Shown: positions 8,280 through 18,097, counted from the first letter of the stretch. The stretch is DNA of 64,000 bases from Acidobacteria bacterium UBA2999 (GCA_002346475.1 DDZV01000005.1:2393-66392); one strand, 5' to 3'. A program made the numbers and translations. The notes: generated from the sequence alone by a model not told the origin.

Positions 8280-9979
8280 ACGCTTTCTTTTTCACGATGT
8301 TCTGCTGCGAGTTCTCGTCTTAAGATTTTTCCAACCAATGTTTTTGGCAGTGTTGATCTGAATTCGATGGCAATAGGGATCTTGTACGCACTCAGTCGTT
8401 CCCGACAGAAGTCTCGTAATTGACTTTCTGTGACGGTGCAGTCCTCTTTTAATACAACCCACCCTTTTGGTGCTTCTCCTTTGTGAGGATCTGGAATTCC
8501 TGCTACTCCTACTTCCATTACAGCAGGGTGGCTAGCGAGCACTTCCTCAATTTCACGAGGCCAAACTTGAAAGCCGCTTGTCTTAATCATGTCTTTTTTT
8601 CGATCTACTAAAAAAATGTAGCCATCTTCATCCATATATGCGAGGTCGCCAGTGTGTACCCAAGGTTGTCCCGATCCGTGATTTTGTAAGGTTTCTGAGT
8701 TTTGCTCTGAGGCGTTCCAATAACCAACCATTTGTTGGGGTGCACGCAGGAGGAGTTCGCCAACTTTTCCACAGGCGAGTTCCTGCGCGCCTGTTTCACT
8801 ATCCACAATTCGCACCTCCACATCGGGAAGTGGCATGCCAATTGAACCAACTTTTTGAATGCCCTTTACAGGATTCAGGCAACAGGCCATCATGCTTTCT
8901 GTTAATGAATATCCCTCCACAATTGTGGCGCCTATCTGTTCTTTGAATTGCTGTTTAGTCTCAGAGAGCAGTGCTGAGGCTCCAGATACGAACACTTTGA
9001 CTGAACTGAGTTTGACTTTGCCTGCTTTAACGTCTGGATGATTAAGCATGGCCGTGTACAGCGTTGGAACACCATTAAAGCAAGCAGGTTGAACTCGCTC
9101 TGTTGTTTTTAAAACATCTGAAATATCTCTCGGATTTGGGACGAGTGCTAGTGGATTTCCCCCAATGAATGCTAGAGACTGTGCACCGACGTTGGCATAG
9201 ACATGGAACAGGGGGAGTGGCAACAGAATGGTGTCGTTCCAGCCTAGAGCTGACTTTGTCCACGCCTGAACTTGGAGACCAGAAGTCACGTAGTGACGAT
9301 GCAGGCCTATTACACCCTTTGGCGTTCCAGTTGTTCCACCACTGGAGAGGATGACAGCGGGATCGTCGGGAGTTACTGGAAGAAGTGTTCTTGGTTTACC
9401 TTTGTGCTTTCGCACTAGGTCTTTCATCCAAACATCGCCATGGGCGATATTAATGCGGTGCCCTTCTTGTCGTTCTTTAAAAAGGGTGAAAAGTATTCGG
9501 AGTGTTGGTGGCAGGTGGTCCTTGATAGATGTTGCAATAACTCTGTGGATTTGTGTTCGTTCTTGGACGGCTTTTAGTCGTTGGTAAAAAGGTGTTAGCA
9601 CAATAATTGTTTCTGCTTCTGTGTTGACGAGTACGTGTTCGAGTTCTGGTTCTGCGGAAAGCGGATTAATTGGAACGACAATTGCGCCGGCTTTCCAAAT
9701 TCCAAACTCTGCGACCATAAACTGTGGGGTGTTTGGCAGTAGCAACGCTACACGCTCCTGTGGTCGGACGCCAAGTTCGATCAGGGCATTAGCAAAGGCG
9801 TCGCTTTGGAGATTTAATTCCCTCGCCGATATTGTTGAGCCCTTAAAGATCAGTGCAGGGTGGTCGGGTTTGTGAGCGGATATTTTGTCGAGATAGTGGA
9901 GTAACGTTGTCTTTGGATAAGGGTCCAGCGAGTGCGGAACTCCAGCGTCGTAATGGTCAAGCCACGGTCTATGAGACAT
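8276..9979 (-). CDS. fadD: Long-chain fatty acid-CoA ligase (AMP-forming)
   Basis: AMP-binding motif SSGGTTGTPKGV, GEL..RAPQ.M.GYW and a C-terminal K-containing motif. 567 aa. Confidence 0.85.
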   Translation of the reverse strand: MSHRPWLDHYDAGVPHSLDPYPKTTLLHYLDKISAHKPDHPALIFKGSTISARELNLQSDAFANALIELGVRPQERVALLLPNTPQFMVAEFGIWKAGAIVVPINPLSAEPELEHVLVNTEAETIIVLTPFYQRLKAVQERTQIHRVIATSIKDHLPPTLRILFTLFKERQEGHRINIAHGDVWMKDLVRKHKGKPRTLLPVTPDDPAVILSSGGTTGTPKGVIGLHRHYVTSGLQVQAWTKSALGWNDTILLPLPLFHVYANVGAQSLAFIGGNPLALVPNPRDISDVLKTTERVQPACFNGVPTLYTAMLNHPDVKAGKVKLSSVKVFVSGASALLSETKQQFKEQIGATIVEGYSLTESMMACCLNPVKGIQKVGSIGMPLPDVEVRIVDSETGAQELACGKVGELLLRAPQQMVGYWNASEQNSETLQNHGSGQPWVHTGDLAYMDEDGYIFLVDRKKDMIKTSGFQVWPREIEEVLASHPAVMEVGVAGIPDPHKGEAPKGWVVLKEDCTVTESQLRDFCRERLSAYKIPIAIEFRSTLPKTLVGKILRRELAAEHREKESV

Positions 9980-10016
9980 TCCGTGCCATTCTAAACTGAG
10001 GAGTACTAGAAAGTCC

Positions 10017-10982
10017 TCAACTGAGTAGCATTAGCAAAAGTGCCTTCTGAGTATGCAGTCGATTCTCAGCCTGGTCAAAGACGACGGACGCCTGTGATTC
10101 GATCACCTCTCTAGTGACTTCTTCACCTCGATGTGCTGGTAGGCAATGGAGGAATAACGCTTTTGGATTAGCGATAGACATGAGCTTTTCATTGACTTGA
10201 TATGCAGAAAAAACCTCTTTGCGTTTTGAGGTCTCACTTTCATGACCCATAGAAGTCCAGACGTCTGTGTAGACAGCATCAGCACCAACTACAGCTTCTC
10301 TTGGTTCTCGGAAGTGACGAATGGCAGCACCATTGGTTGCTATTTTTGAAGCTCTTTTAAGAACATCGTCTGGTATCTCGTGTCCGCTTGGGGATGCCAC
10401 GGCAACTGAGACCCCAAGCATCAGTGCGGCTTGTGTCAACGATACTGCAACGTTATTACCGTCCCCGACGTATGCAATAGTTCGATTCTGCCAATTACCC
10501 CAATGCTCTTTAAGTGTCATCAGGTCTGCTAGCGCTTGGCAAGGGTGTTGTTCGTCAGTAAGTGCGTTCACAATATGTAATGTGGTGGTGGCCGAAGATA
10601 AGGCGACGGTTTTTTGTTGAGCGAACGTCCTGACAACGAGAGCTTTAACCCACCGCTCCAAATTACGTGCGACGTCCTCAAGTGGTTCCCGCGTACCGTC
10701 GATCGTATCCTTCGGAATGTGGAGTACTTCTCCTCCAAGTTCTCGTACAGCGATTTCAAACGTTGCGCGTGTTCGGAGGGAGGGCTTTTCAAAAAGCAAA
10801 GCCACATGGGCACCAGATAATACTTCCGCTGTAGGTGCATGGTTGCCTAGACTGCGTTCACTCTTGAGTTGAATAGCGAGCTCAATCAGGCGAACAAGGT
10901 TCTCCGGTACCAGATCGAGCACGGATAAAAAATCCTTTTGAAGTTTTTTCGAATGACTGTTAGTCATATTTTCTACTGGCAC
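10017..10982 (-). CDS. argF: Ornithine carbamoyltransferase
   Basis: Motifs FEKPSLRTR, HPCQALADL and HCLPAHRGEEV. Confidence 0.92.
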   Translation of the reverse strand: MPVENMTNSHSKKLQKDFLSVLDLVPENLVRLIELAIQLKSERSLGNHAPTAEVLSGAHVALLFEKPSLRTRATFEIAVRELGGEVLHIPKDTIDGTREPLEDVARNLERWVKALVVRTFAQQKTVALSSATTTLHIVNALTDEQHPCQALADLMTLKEHWGNWQNRTIAYVGDGNNVAVSLTQAALMLGVSVAVASPSGHEIPDDVLKRASKIATNGAAIRHFREPREAVVGADAVYTDVWTSMGHESETSKRKEVFSAYQVNEKLMSIANPKALFLHCLPAHRGEEVTREVIESQASVVFDQAENRLHTQKALLLMLLS

Positions 10983-10996
10983 TTTTATCGTTATGG

Positions 10997-12208
10997 TTAT
11001 GTTCGGTATTCACCATTGATTCTTACGTATTCTGCACTCAGATCACAGGTCCAGACAGTCGCTGAAAATCCTGACTTTAAACCGAGTCCTACTTCAATTT
11101 CGATAGTATCGCCTTGCAAATGTAGACCAGCTTTCGATGAAGCTTCGTCATGTGGCATGCCATGTTCAAACAGTAGGACGCCACCGACACTTACAGTTGC
11201 AAGTGAGGGGTTAAACGTGACACCGGATCGGCCCGCCGCAGCCAAGATTCTTCCCCAGTTAGGGTCTGCTCCGTGGACAGCCGTTTTTACCAAAAGAGAA
11301 TTAGCAACTGTCCGTGCAACACGACGTGCCTCATCTTTGGATTTAGCATCACTCACAGTGATCGCTACTAGCTTTGTTGCTCCTTCACCGCCGCGTACAA
11401 TTTCCATTGCCAAATGCTTCGAAACTATCTGTAGTCCTTTGAGTAATGCTTGGTAATTACTGTCATTGATTACTACATCACTTGCCCCTGAGGCCAGTGC
11501 AAAGAGTGAATCGTTTGTAGAGCAGTCACCGTCAACTGTGATCGCATTGAAGGTTTTGTCTGCAACTTCATTTAGAGCTTGCTGTAATAGTGCCGGAGGC
11601 ACTTGGGCGTCCGTTGTTAGAAACCCAAGCATTGTTGCCATCATTGGCTCAATCATGCCAGAACCTTTGGCCATCCCTCCTACTGTGAACGTGCCTGTTT
11701 TTGTTTGTATGGTGACAGCGTGTTCTTTTGGGAAAGGGTCTGTAGTCATGATTGCTCGAGATGCTGCTTCGCTTTCGTCTCTCGTCAGTGCAGTAGCCGC
11801 AGTTTTAATGCCAGCTGTGGTTAGTTCAATTGGCAAATCCACTCCTATAACGCCAGTTGATGCCAAGAGAATTTCATGTGATTGACACCCAAGCGCTCTC
11901 GCAGCGGTTATTGCTGTTTGCTGTGCATTTTCCCAGCCTTTAGCGCCTGTACATGCATTGGCACAACCGCTGTTTACAACAATTCCCCTTGCATGCCCAC
12001 CTGACTTTTTTAGGTTTTGTTGAGAGAGTATGACCGGTGCTGCTCGGACAAGATTTGTGGTGAATAGCCCTGCAGCAGGGATTGGTGAATTTGCTGTCAG
12101 TAACACCAAGTCCAATTCAGATTTTTTGATCCCGCAGTGTAGCGCTGCCGATTGAAATCCCAGCGGAGCTGTAATACCACCCTCTACCGTTAACACAGAC
12201 GCAGTCAT
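10997..12208 (-). CDS. argJ: Bifunctional glutamate N-acetyltransferase / amino-acid acetyltransferase
   Basis: ArgJ family layout, with the autoprocessing site context MMATMLGFLTTDA. Confidence 0.92.
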   Translation of the reverse strand: MTASVLTVEGGITAPLGFQSAALHCGIKKSELDLVLLTANSPIPAAGLFTTNLVRAAPVILSQQNLKKSGGHARGIVVNSGCANACTGAKGWENAQQTAITAARALGCQSHEILLASTGVIGVDLPIELTTAGIKTAATALTRDESEAASRAIMTTDPFPKEHAVTIQTKTGTFTVGGMAKGSGMIEPMMATMLGFLTTDAQVPPALLQQALNEVADKTFNAITVDGDCSTNDSLFALASGASDVVINDSNYQALLKGLQIVSKHLAMEIVRGGEGATKLVAITVSDAKSKDEARRVARTVANSLLVKTAVHGADPNWGRILAAAGRSGVTFNPSLATVSVGGVLLFEHGMPHDEASSKAGLHLQGDTIEIEVGLGLKSGFSATVWTCDLSAEYVRINGEYRT

Positions 12209-13416
12209 TCTGAGGACTCCGCGTCTATTTGATCAAAGATCTTGTCTAAGATGTCCACAGCGCAGTCAATATCTGTTTTATCTATTGTTAGAGGCGGCAG
12301 CATACGCAAGACTCTTTCGTCGGTGCGATTTACTAGCAGTCCTTGCTCACGTGCAGCATCTACTACAGATGTAGCATCGACACGAAGTTGTACGCCTCTC
12401 ATTAATCCAGCACCGCGAATTTCAGTGACACATGGATGACGTAGAGCCAGCGATCTAAGGCACCTTTCAAAATGCATTCCCACAGATTTGACCTGGTCTA
12501 ACAAATCACCGTCTGCCAGTGCTGTCAATATCACGATAGCTGCACGACAAGCCAGGAGGTTTCCACCGTAGGTGCTTCCGTGATCACCCGGAGAAATATG
12601 GCTTGCAACTTTAGCCGAGCAGATTGTTGCACCGATAGGAATACCGCCGCCGAGTGCTTTACCAACAGAAACAAGATCTGGATGGAGATCGAGTGCCTGA
12701 AAATAAAACGGGTACCCAGTTCTCCCAACCCCAGTCTGTACCTCATCTGCTATAAATAAAGCGCCAGTACGATTGCACGCTTCTTTAATAGCGCTTGCAA
12801 AATCTTTGGTTAGTGGCCTGATCCCGCCTTCGCCCTGGATCGGCTCTGCGATGATAGCGGCGGTACGCTCTGTTACCGCTGAATGCAGGGCAGCTGGATC
12901 TTTTGGATCCACAAATGTTACCCCAGGAACTAGTGGTGCGAACGGGTCTCGATAATGGTGGTCGTGTGTAACGGAGAGTGCTCCGAATGTTCGTCCTGAA
13001 AATGCACCTTCGAGGGCAACAAATTCTGTCCGTTCAGTCTGACCTTGGGTGTACCAATACCTGCGTGAAAATTTTAAGGAGGCTTCAACAGCTTCAGTAC
13101 CGCTGTTGCAAAAAAACACGCGATCTAGCCCAGACAAAGAAGTTAATAACTGTGCAGCTTGACCCTGCAGTGGGTGATAGTAGAGGTTAGAGACTTGTAT
13201 CAGTGTAGCTGCCTGATCTCTAATCGCTTCAGTAAGGTCTCGGTCACTGTGACCACGAGCTGCCACACCGATACCTGAGAGAAAATCGAGATATTTTTTC
13301 CCATCACTGTCTATAAGGTACGCACCATCGCCACGCACGAACACCACTGGTTGACGCTTGTACGTACCAAGTACATGTTGTTCTTCAAGCTTGCTGATGT
13401 CGTCTAATAGCTTCAT
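12205..13416 (-). CDS. argD: Acetylornithine aminotransferase
   Basis: Class III aminotransferase motifs DEVQTGVGRTG and the PLP-lysine context SVGKALGGG. 4-nt overlap with argJ. Confidence 0.9.
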   Translation of the reverse strand: MKLLDDISKLEEQHVLGTYKRQPVVFVRGDGAYLIDSDGKKYLDFLSGIGVAARGHSDRDLTEAIRDQAATLIQVSNLYYHPLQGQAAQLLTSLSGLDRVFFCNSGTEAVEASLKFSRRYWYTQGQTERTEFVALEGAFSGRTFGALSVTHDHHYRDPFAPLVPGVTFVDPKDPAALHSAVTERTAAIIAEPIQGEGGIRPLTKDFASAIKEACNRTGALFIADEVQTGVGRTGYPFYFQALDLHPDLVSVGKALGGGIPIGATICSAKVASHISPGDHGSTYGGNLLACRAAIVILTALADGDLLDQVKSVGMHFERCLRSLALRHPCVTEIRGAGLMRGVQLRVDATSVVDAAREQGLLVNRTDERVLRMLPPLTIDKTDIDCAVDILDKIFDQIDAESSE

Positions 13417-14273
13417 GGTAAAACCTTGGTACTACGACCTTTTCTCAGACCTTTATCTGCAGCCAAGAACTTTTCAATCTTTTCTTTATAGCCATTTACA
13501 ATCAAACTCTCAGTTACGCCACCATCTAAGGCTGTACGACAGGCTTGTAATTTCGCTACCATTCCAGCTTTGACTGTGCCGAGTCTGATTAGCCGTGTAG
13601 CTTCGCGACAATCAATCTGACCAATTGTTTGACCATAGTCATCAAGGACACCTTCAGTGCTCCCTGCAATGATGAGACATCTGGCTTTGAGAGTTATTGC
13701 TAAATGTGCTGCCAGCGTGTCTGCATTGACATTAAGCAACTGCCCGCTTTGACTAGTGCCGATGCAAGCTACAATGGGCGTGTACCCTTCAGCTAGCAGA
13801 CTAGTTAGCAGTGTTGATGTGCTATTTTTGACAGGCACACCTACGAATCCAAGCTTAACAAGTTTCCCCCTCGTTGTTTTATGCGCCGTTGCACGTTTGA
13901 GCGTGGCGACATCAGCATCAGCGCCGGTTAAACCTACGGGTTTTCCACCTGCTTTTTTCACTGCTGCAACTAGGCGTGTATTGATTGTGCCGGATAGCAC
14001 GGCTACTACTACCTCCAGGGTTCGAGCATCAGTTATGCGAAGGCCATCAACTTGCAACTTCTGGATTCCAGCGCGCTTCAGTCCATAGTCGATTTCTTTC
14101 CCTCCTCCATGTACAAGAACGACATGTGACTTCTGAGACAGACGGGCAACTCCACGAGCGATACGTGTGACATCAGCGGGCTTTTCCAAGAGCTCTCCAC
14201 CAAGTTTAAGAACAAGACAGTTATTAACTGTTCTGGAGCTTTGATATTTAGAAGGTGCAGTTTTAGCTGTCAT
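13413..14273 (-). CDS. argB: Acetylglutamate kinase
   Basis: LVLKLGGELL and VLVHGGG amino-acid kinase motifs. 4-nt overlaps with both neighbours. Confidence 0.9.
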   Translation of the reverse strand: MTAKTAPSKYQSSRTVNNCLVLKLGGELLEKPADVTRIARGVARLSQKSHVVLVHGGGKEIDYGLKRAGIQKLQVDGLRITDARTLEVVVAVLSGTINTRLVAAVKKAGGKPVGLTGADADVATLKRATAHKTTRGKLVKLGFVGVPVKNSTSTLLTSLLAEGYTPIVACIGTSQSGQLLNVNADTLAAHLAITLKARCLIIAGSTEGVLDDYGQTIGQIDCREATRLIRLGTVKAGMVAKLQACRTALDGGVTESLIVNGYKEKIEKFLAADKGLRKGRSTKVLP

Positions 14274-15271
14274 AAGAGCCCTGTCCGTTCATCGAATCCA
14301 GCTACAATATTTAAGTTTTGCACTGCTTGCCCAGCAGCCCCTTTAATAAGATTGTCAAGACATGACACTAGGACAGCACTTTGAGTCGCTTCGTCGACTA
14401 CCCATCCCAAATCACAGAAATTAGTGTAAGCAACATTTTTAATTTCAGGCAGCACTTCACCTGTGAGTCGCACAAAAGGTGCGTCGGCGTACGCTGTTTT
14501 CAGTGCTTCTTCAACTTGCTTTGCACTTGTGGCTGGACGAAGTTTGACGTAGATCGTTTCTAAAATCCCTCTGTTCAGTGGTACAAGGTGTGGCACAAAA
14601 ATAACGGATTTTTGCAGCTCTTGAATAATCTCTGGCCCGTGTCTGTGTGAGAACACTCCATAAGCTGCAACACTGCCATGGTTTTCTGAAAAATGGGTAC
14701 GATCGCTTGGTGTCTTACCTGCCCCTGAGAGCCCGGATTTGGCATCAATAATAATTGGTTCCTCGATTAGGCCAGCCGCCTCAAGTGGTTCGAGGGCGAG
14801 CAGAGCAGCCGTCGGATAGCATCCTGGGCAAGCTAGGACACGAGCAAGTCGCATATGGTCACGGTGTCGTTCTGGTAATGCGTAAACAACTCCCTCAGGC
14901 AAATCAACTGTTTCCGGATACCACTGACGTCGTTGTTCGTTATTGCGGATGCGAAATGCTCCAGAGAGATCAATTACACGGCATTCTTTTTTTAGCAATG
15001 ACGGTACAATTTTTGCGGCAATTGCCTCTGGCAAAGCGAGAAAGACAAAATCTGCTTCTGCGGTCAAGCGGTCAAGGTCTAGGGGAACAATAGGATTGTC
15101 CCAGATATGGTTCAGCGCTGGCATGGACCTTGGTTTACTTGTGGTACCAGACGACATCGCAGTAGTTAATGTGACACTAGGATGTCTGGCCAAAATTCGC
15201 AAAAGTTCTTGGCCGGCATATCCTGTAGCACCAGCAATTGCCACGCGCGGTTTTTCTGCGCCAGGATCCAT
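14270..15271 (-). CDS. argC: N-acetyl-gamma-glutamyl-phosphate reductase
   Basis: Rossmann N-terminus VAIAGATGYAGQEL and the catalytic Cys context ACPGCYPTA. Confidence 0.92.
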   Translation of the reverse strand: MDPGAEKPRVAIAGATGYAGQELLRILARHPSVTLTTAMSSGTTSKPRSMPALNHIWDNPIVPLDLDRLTAEADFVFLALPEAIAAKIVPSLLKKECRVIDLSGAFRIRNNEQRRQWYPETVDLPEGVVYALPERHRDHMRLARVLACPGCYPTAALLALEPLEAAGLIEEPIIIDAKSGLSGAGKTPSDRTHFSENHGSVAAYGVFSHRHGPEIIQELQKSVIFVPHLVPLNRGILETIYVKLRPATSAKQVEEALKTAYADAPFVRLTGEVLPEIKNVAYTNFCDLGWVVDEATQSAVLVSCLDNLIKGAAGQAVQNLNIVAGFDERTGLL

Positions 15272-15289
15272 ATTTTTCTAGCTCCTTTT

Positions 15290-15334
15290 GTGGACAGTTG
15301 GTTTTAGCGAACTAGTTTTAGTCAACTTGTCCAC
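15290..15334 (-). promoter_or_regulatory. Inverted repeat (11-12 bp arms, one indel) in the argC leader, immediately upstream of its Shine-Dalgarno
   Basis: Forward strand: GTGGACAGTTG (15290-15300) pairs with CAACTTGTCCAC (15323-15334). The 22-nt loop contains GTTTTAG twice. The argC SD (AAAGGAG on the minus strand) lies at about 15282-15288. Confidence 0.35.
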
Positions 15335-15343
15335 ATCCTTATA

Positions 15344-15382
15344 AAAGTATATTTATACATCATTGTTGAATATTTAGTCAAT
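15344..15382. promoter_or_regulatory. Putative tandem ARG boxes (ArgR operator) in the argC / argR-argH divergent region
   Basis: 15365-15382, gtTGAATATTTAgTCAAT, matches the E. coli ARG-box consensus TNTGAATWWWWATTCANW at all but 2 specified positions. A weaker box (aaaGtATATTTATaCAtc) sits at 15344-15361, exactly 3 bp away, which is the classic tandem spacing. Confidence 0.45.
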
Positions 15383-15437
15383 TATTTGCTTGTTATTATT
15401 GGATATATAGTATAATTATAAGCAAACAAGCATAATT

Positions 15438-15887
15438 ATGAAAACTCGACGGCAATCTATCATTCTTGACATTGTGCAGCGTGAACCAATTCACAACCAA
15501 GAACAGTTGCGTCACTGCGTTAAGGCGGCTGGGTTCGACGTAACGCAGGCGACTTTGTCTCGTGATATTCGAGATCTTGGCCTAGTAAAAGGTGGCAGTG
15601 ATGGTGTGTACCGAACCCCGTCACAGCCTGGGACAAATCCAATGGCCGTTGCTTCAATACTGCAGCGGTCTTTATCTGATTACTTAGCGCGTGTAGATCG
15701 CGTTAATCATATGCTGCTTTTACGGACTGGACCGGGACAAGCACAAGTGCTAGGTGTTGCGCTGGATCGCGCTGGCCTTCCAGAGATTGTTGGTACTGTT
15801 GCTGGTGACGACACAATTTTAGTCATTGCGCCTGACGTACGTCGCGCGCGCACACTCGTTAAACGGCTAGAGGATTTTTCCTCATGA
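15438..15887 (+). CDS. argR: Arginine repressor
   Basis: 149 aa. Winged-helix N-terminus (RQSIILDIVQREPIHNQEQL...VTQATLSRDIRDLGLVK) and a C-terminal oligomerisation domain with GTVAGDDTILVI. Confidence 0.9.
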   Translation: MKTRRQSIILDIVQREPIHNQEQLRHCVKAAGFDVTQATLSRDIRDLGLVKGGSDGVYRTPSQPGTNPMAVASILQRSLSDYLARVDRVNHMLLLRTGPGQAQVLGVALDRAGLPEIVGTVAGDDTILVIAPDVRRARTLVKRLEDFSS

Positions 15888-17284
15888 CTATTTGGTCAGG
15901 AAGATTCGACACGTTGCCAGATCCAGTTGCATTTGATTTTGGTGTCTCATTTAGTTTTGACCGTAGACTATTTGAGGATGATGTAACCGGCAGTATTGCT
16001 TGGGCTGAGGCGCTTGGCGCTGCAGGTGTTTTGTCAAAAGAGGAAACTGCTGCCATTACAGATGGGCTAAAGCAAATTCTTGATGAAGGCAGAAAGAACT
16101 CTAGTTTTATTGCTGGAAAAGACGAGGATATTCATAGTTTTGTTGAACGTGAACTCATTGCAAGGATTGGTGATGCAGGGCGACGGCTTCATACGGGTCG
16201 TTCTCGCAATGAGCAGGTTTCTCTTGATCTGCGCCTTTACTTGAAACGAAGAATCCCTGTATTGCAAAAAGCTGTTGCTAGTGTAGTGAAAGCTTGTGTA
16301 GATCAAGCTACTTCTGCACGCGAAGTAATGATGCCAGCATACACACACCTGCGGCGCGCACAGCCTGTACTTGTAGCTCATTTCTTTCTAGGCCATGTGA
16401 CTGCCTTACGGCGTGACTATGCGAGGCTTGCCATGTCAGCAGATGAGGCAGATGAACTGACTCTAGGTTCTGGAGCAGTGGCTGGCACGAGCTATCCAAT
16501 TGACACGGCAGCTTTAGCTGCACGACTTGGTTTTAAGCGAGTTGTTTCTAACAGTCTAGAAGCGTCTTCTGAGCGGGATTTTGTTGCCTCATTTTTGTAT
16601 GCCGTGGCACTAACGATGATTCACCTAAGTCGTTTAGCTGAGGATGTGATTATTTTTACTGGAGAGGAGCACAGATTTTTTGAGCTATCTGATGCCTCAG
16701 CCACGGGTAGCAGCATGATGCCCCAGAAAAAGAATCCAGATCCTCTTGAACTAGTCCGTGGAAAAAGTGGGCGTGCACTTGGGCGGCTTACCGGTTGGTT
16801 AGCGACAATGAAAGGTTTGCCTAGTGGTTACAACAAAGATCTTCAGGAAGACAAAGAAGCCATCTTTGATGCTGAAGCCACACTCTTATCGTCGCTAACT
16901 GCGACAGGCATTGTTGTTTCAAGCCTTCGTCTTAATGAAGCTCGATCTGAACAGGCAGCGTCAGGATTATTATTAGCCACGGACGTAGCAGATTATCTGG
17001 TTGCAAAGGGCATGCCCTTTCGACAGGCACATGAAGTTGTTGGTGCGATGGTTCGTCAGTTGATATCGCGCGGACAAGATTTTAGTGATTTAACGCTTAG
17101 TGAATGGCAAGAAGCCAGTGAGATGTTTGATGAAGATGTGCCGACAGTCATTACCGCAAAAGCTTCTGTTTTGGCACGATGCACGCCTCAGTCAACAAAT
17201 CCTCAAGCTGTGCAGAAAGCGCTAGATGAATGCATGACATGGTTAGCGGAGATTACTGAAAGACCTGATTCAGGAACAGTTTAG
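15884..17284 (+). CDS. argH: Argininosuccinate lyase
   Basis: Fumarate-lyase signature GSSMMPQKKNPD and an ATGA overlap with argR. Confidence 0.93.
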   Translation: MTIWSGRFDTLPDPVAFDFGVSFSFDRRLFEDDVTGSIAWAEALGAAGVLSKEETAAITDGLKQILDEGRKNSSFIAGKDEDIHSFVERELIARIGDAGRRLHTGRSRNEQVSLDLRLYLKRRIPVLQKAVASVVKACVDQATSAREVMMPAYTHLRRAQPVLVAHFFLGHVTALRRDYARLAMSADEADELTLGSGAVAGTSYPIDTAALAARLGFKRVVSNSLEASSERDFVASFLYAVALTMIHLSRLAEDVIIFTGEEHRFFELSDASATGSSMMPQKKNPDPLELVRGKSGRALGRLTGWLATMKGLPSGYNKDLQEDKEAIFDAEATLLSSLTATGIVVSSLRLNEARSEQAASGLLLATDVADYLVAKGMPFRQAHEVVGAMVRQLISRGQDFSDLTLSEWQEASEMFDEDVPTVITAKASVLARCTPQSTNPQAVQKALDECMTWLAEITERPDSGTV

Positions 17285-17383
17285 GGCTTAACGGTAAGGC
17301 GCTTGCCTTGCCATTGCCTTCGCCCCCTGTTACACTTTTGCCTACCTATACGATCAGTTTTCGATATCCCACCTGAACTGATC

Positions 17384-18097
17384 ATGGATATTAGAGAAAC
17401 TCCGGGGGAGTTAATGCAGCAACGCCGTCTTCGGCTTGGTGACAGCGTGGATGATTATTGTCCACGAGAACGACGTATCACAAACCATGCAATCGTTTCG
17501 ATGGTTGACGATGAAATAAAGCAGACTCGTTGTACCACTTGTGACGTTGATCATGAATACAAGCAGGCCAAAGTGCCATCACCACGTCGAAAAAAATCTA
17601 AGAATTCAGCACTTGCTAATGATGTCGTAGCAGGTGAATCAGAGATGCATCCTGATGCCCCATTGGCTGATGAAAGTATAGACAAGGCAATACTTTCTGA
17701 CTCTGTTCTTAAGCAGGAACCGTCGGCCAGTAATGATCAATCGTCAATAACTAATTCTGAAACTAATGCCGTTGATGATGGTGTGTCTGCAACATCTCGT
17801 AACGAATCTGAGGACGAAGGCCCAGTAAACAGGCCTTTAATTCGGGCGACACTTCCGCGTCCTGAAGGTCAGACACCTGAGCGAAAGTTGCCTGACTTTA
17901 CGGTGCGCCAACCTGGGTTTCGTGGACGACCTGACTCAGGGAATAATAAGGCTCCACGCAAAAGTCGGCGGAGGAATGGCCGTGGACAGCAGTCTGGAGG
18001 CAACCACCAGCATCGCGGACAACGCAAGAATAGTAACCGCACTGATGGGTCTCAACGGCAGGGAGCTTCTGGTCGAGCGCGTAAGCGTGGACGTTGA
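17384..18097 (+). CDS. Hypothetical protein: Cys/His N-terminal module, acidic/Ser-rich middle, Arg/Gly/Gln-rich basic tail
   Basis: The track ORF starts at 17303 (non-ATG). I prefer the in-frame ATG at 17384 (MDIRETPGEL...). The N-terminus has YCP...CTTCDVDHEY, and the C-terminal ~60 aa are RK/RG-rich (RKSRRRNGRGQQSGGNHQHRGQRKN...RARKRGR). Confidence 0.5.
   Translation: MDIRETPGELMQQRRLRLGDSVDDYCPRERRITNHAIVSMVDDEIKQTRCTTCDVDHEYKQAKVPSPRRKKSKNSALANDVVAGESEMHPDAPLADESIDKAILSDSVLKQEPSASNDQSSITNSETNAVDDGVSATSRNESEDEGPVNRPLIRATLPRPEGQTPERKLPDFTVRQPGFRGRPDSGNNKAPRKSRRRNGRGQQSGGNHQHRGQRKNSNRTDGSQRQGASGRARKRGR

Noticed and set aside
10938-11456. Long antisense ORFs inside confident genes. Examples: 10938-11456, 11466-11885, 27811-28242, 36217-36756, 42222-42704, 42891-43265, 45633-46010, 59598-59963, 61321-61716, 62275-62961.
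   Set aside because: Each is fully embedded opposite a gene with strong family motifs. Their translations are low-complexity (Ser/Ala/Arg/Pro-rich), as expected for frame shadows. No independent support exists.
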